This document shows positions 63,328-64,000 of a DNA stretch of 64,000 nucleotides, piece after piece. A program made the position numbers and the translations under genes. Every line of letters begins with the position of its first letter. The stretch's first letter is position 1. The stretch is from positions 34,311-98,310 of the IMG/VR virus record IMGVR_UViG_3300035507_000051; one strand, written 5' to 3'. Under the pieces are notes generated by a model, which worked only from the letters and a program-made list of their open reading frames with translations, did no database searches and was not told the origin of the DNA. The stretch is from a virus (taxonomy: Duplodnaviria; Caudoviricetes).

Positions 63328-64000
63328 ATGTGGAAAGATTTATCAATGTCTGAGAAGGCTAGGTATATTAAGTTAGGTGTTCAAGGTGGTATAAAAGATA
63401 TTGGTACTATCTAGGACACCTATAATAATTATATATAGGGACAGTATGCCTAGTGGAAGTAGAAATTAGGTAATTATTGGGGCTAGGATTTAGACTAGGA
63501 TGACTATGATTACCAGAAGTATTATATGGATAACCCTAGAAGAGCAGAAGATTAGTTAAATGCCATCTTAGGGGGATCTAAATAGCATTTTCCTGATGGT
63601 GGTAAGAGTGGGTCTTATAAGAAAATAAGCCATCCTACTTATCCTGATTTAGGGGAAAAGAGCTGGAGTAATAATGACACTGTTTTTCATTTATCTGATA
63701 GGTAGTTGGAAGATAGTGATCGGGTATTAGATTATTTAGGTGCTGATTTAGATTATAACAATGGAGGTACTAAAGCAGTATATAATGGGGGTTATGTGTT
63801 ACCAGAGTTAACTGTAACTCCTAGGGAATCCTATACTAACATGAAACCTAATCCATATAATACAGGATATGTGTATAGTGATAGGGAGTTTGCTAATGGG
63901 GGTAAAGTGCATAGGTTTGATTTAGGTGGTAATTCAGATCCTATCTATGGCCCATATCAATTAAATGAAGTAATTAAAGTAGGTAATAGCAATACTCCTA
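63328..64000 (+). CDS. Late (probably virion cargo) protein, 3' partial, TAG=Gln
   Basis: ATG 63328 MWKDLSMSEKARYIKLGV..; frame +1 broken by TAGs; HFPD..YK..HPT, LPELTV and FANGG..FDLGG motifs. Confidence 0.7.

Overview
AT-rich crAss-like (Crassvirales) phage DNA, probably with a Bacteroidota host, covering the whole early/replication arm flanked by late genes. The late genes (1-12990 +, 13044-26470 -, 63328-64000 +) look fragmented in the ORF track only because TAG is read as a sense codon, most likely Gln (code 15). Read that way they give a tail stabilisation/muzzle protein, four cargo/ejection proteins, a 2813-aa virion RNA polymerase (DFDID motif) and the start of one more late gene. The minus-strand early arm reads in the standard code. 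It encodes ThyX, thioredoxin, an orphan HicA, PolA and NrdD (each split by an HNH-carrying group I intron whose splice sites can be read), dUTPase, NrdG, nucleases, primase, SSB, helicases, a glucosaminidase and a tRNA cluster. It also has a degenerate UDG coupled to an amidoligase/GATase/ATP-grasp cluster. Most notable observations: (1) the RNAP gene has TAG only in short N- and C-terminal extensions that carry its terminal cysteines, suggesting a genetic-code-switched isoform; (2) the terminal Cys of three giant cargo proteins could chain them head-to-tail; (3) an HNH cassette appears to have split and repaired a tRNA-Arg gene; (4) a roughly 250-nt nested structured RNA lies behind a late promoter; (5) covarying GNRA hairpins lead most tRNAs. 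All calls come from reading motifs by eye; no searches were run.
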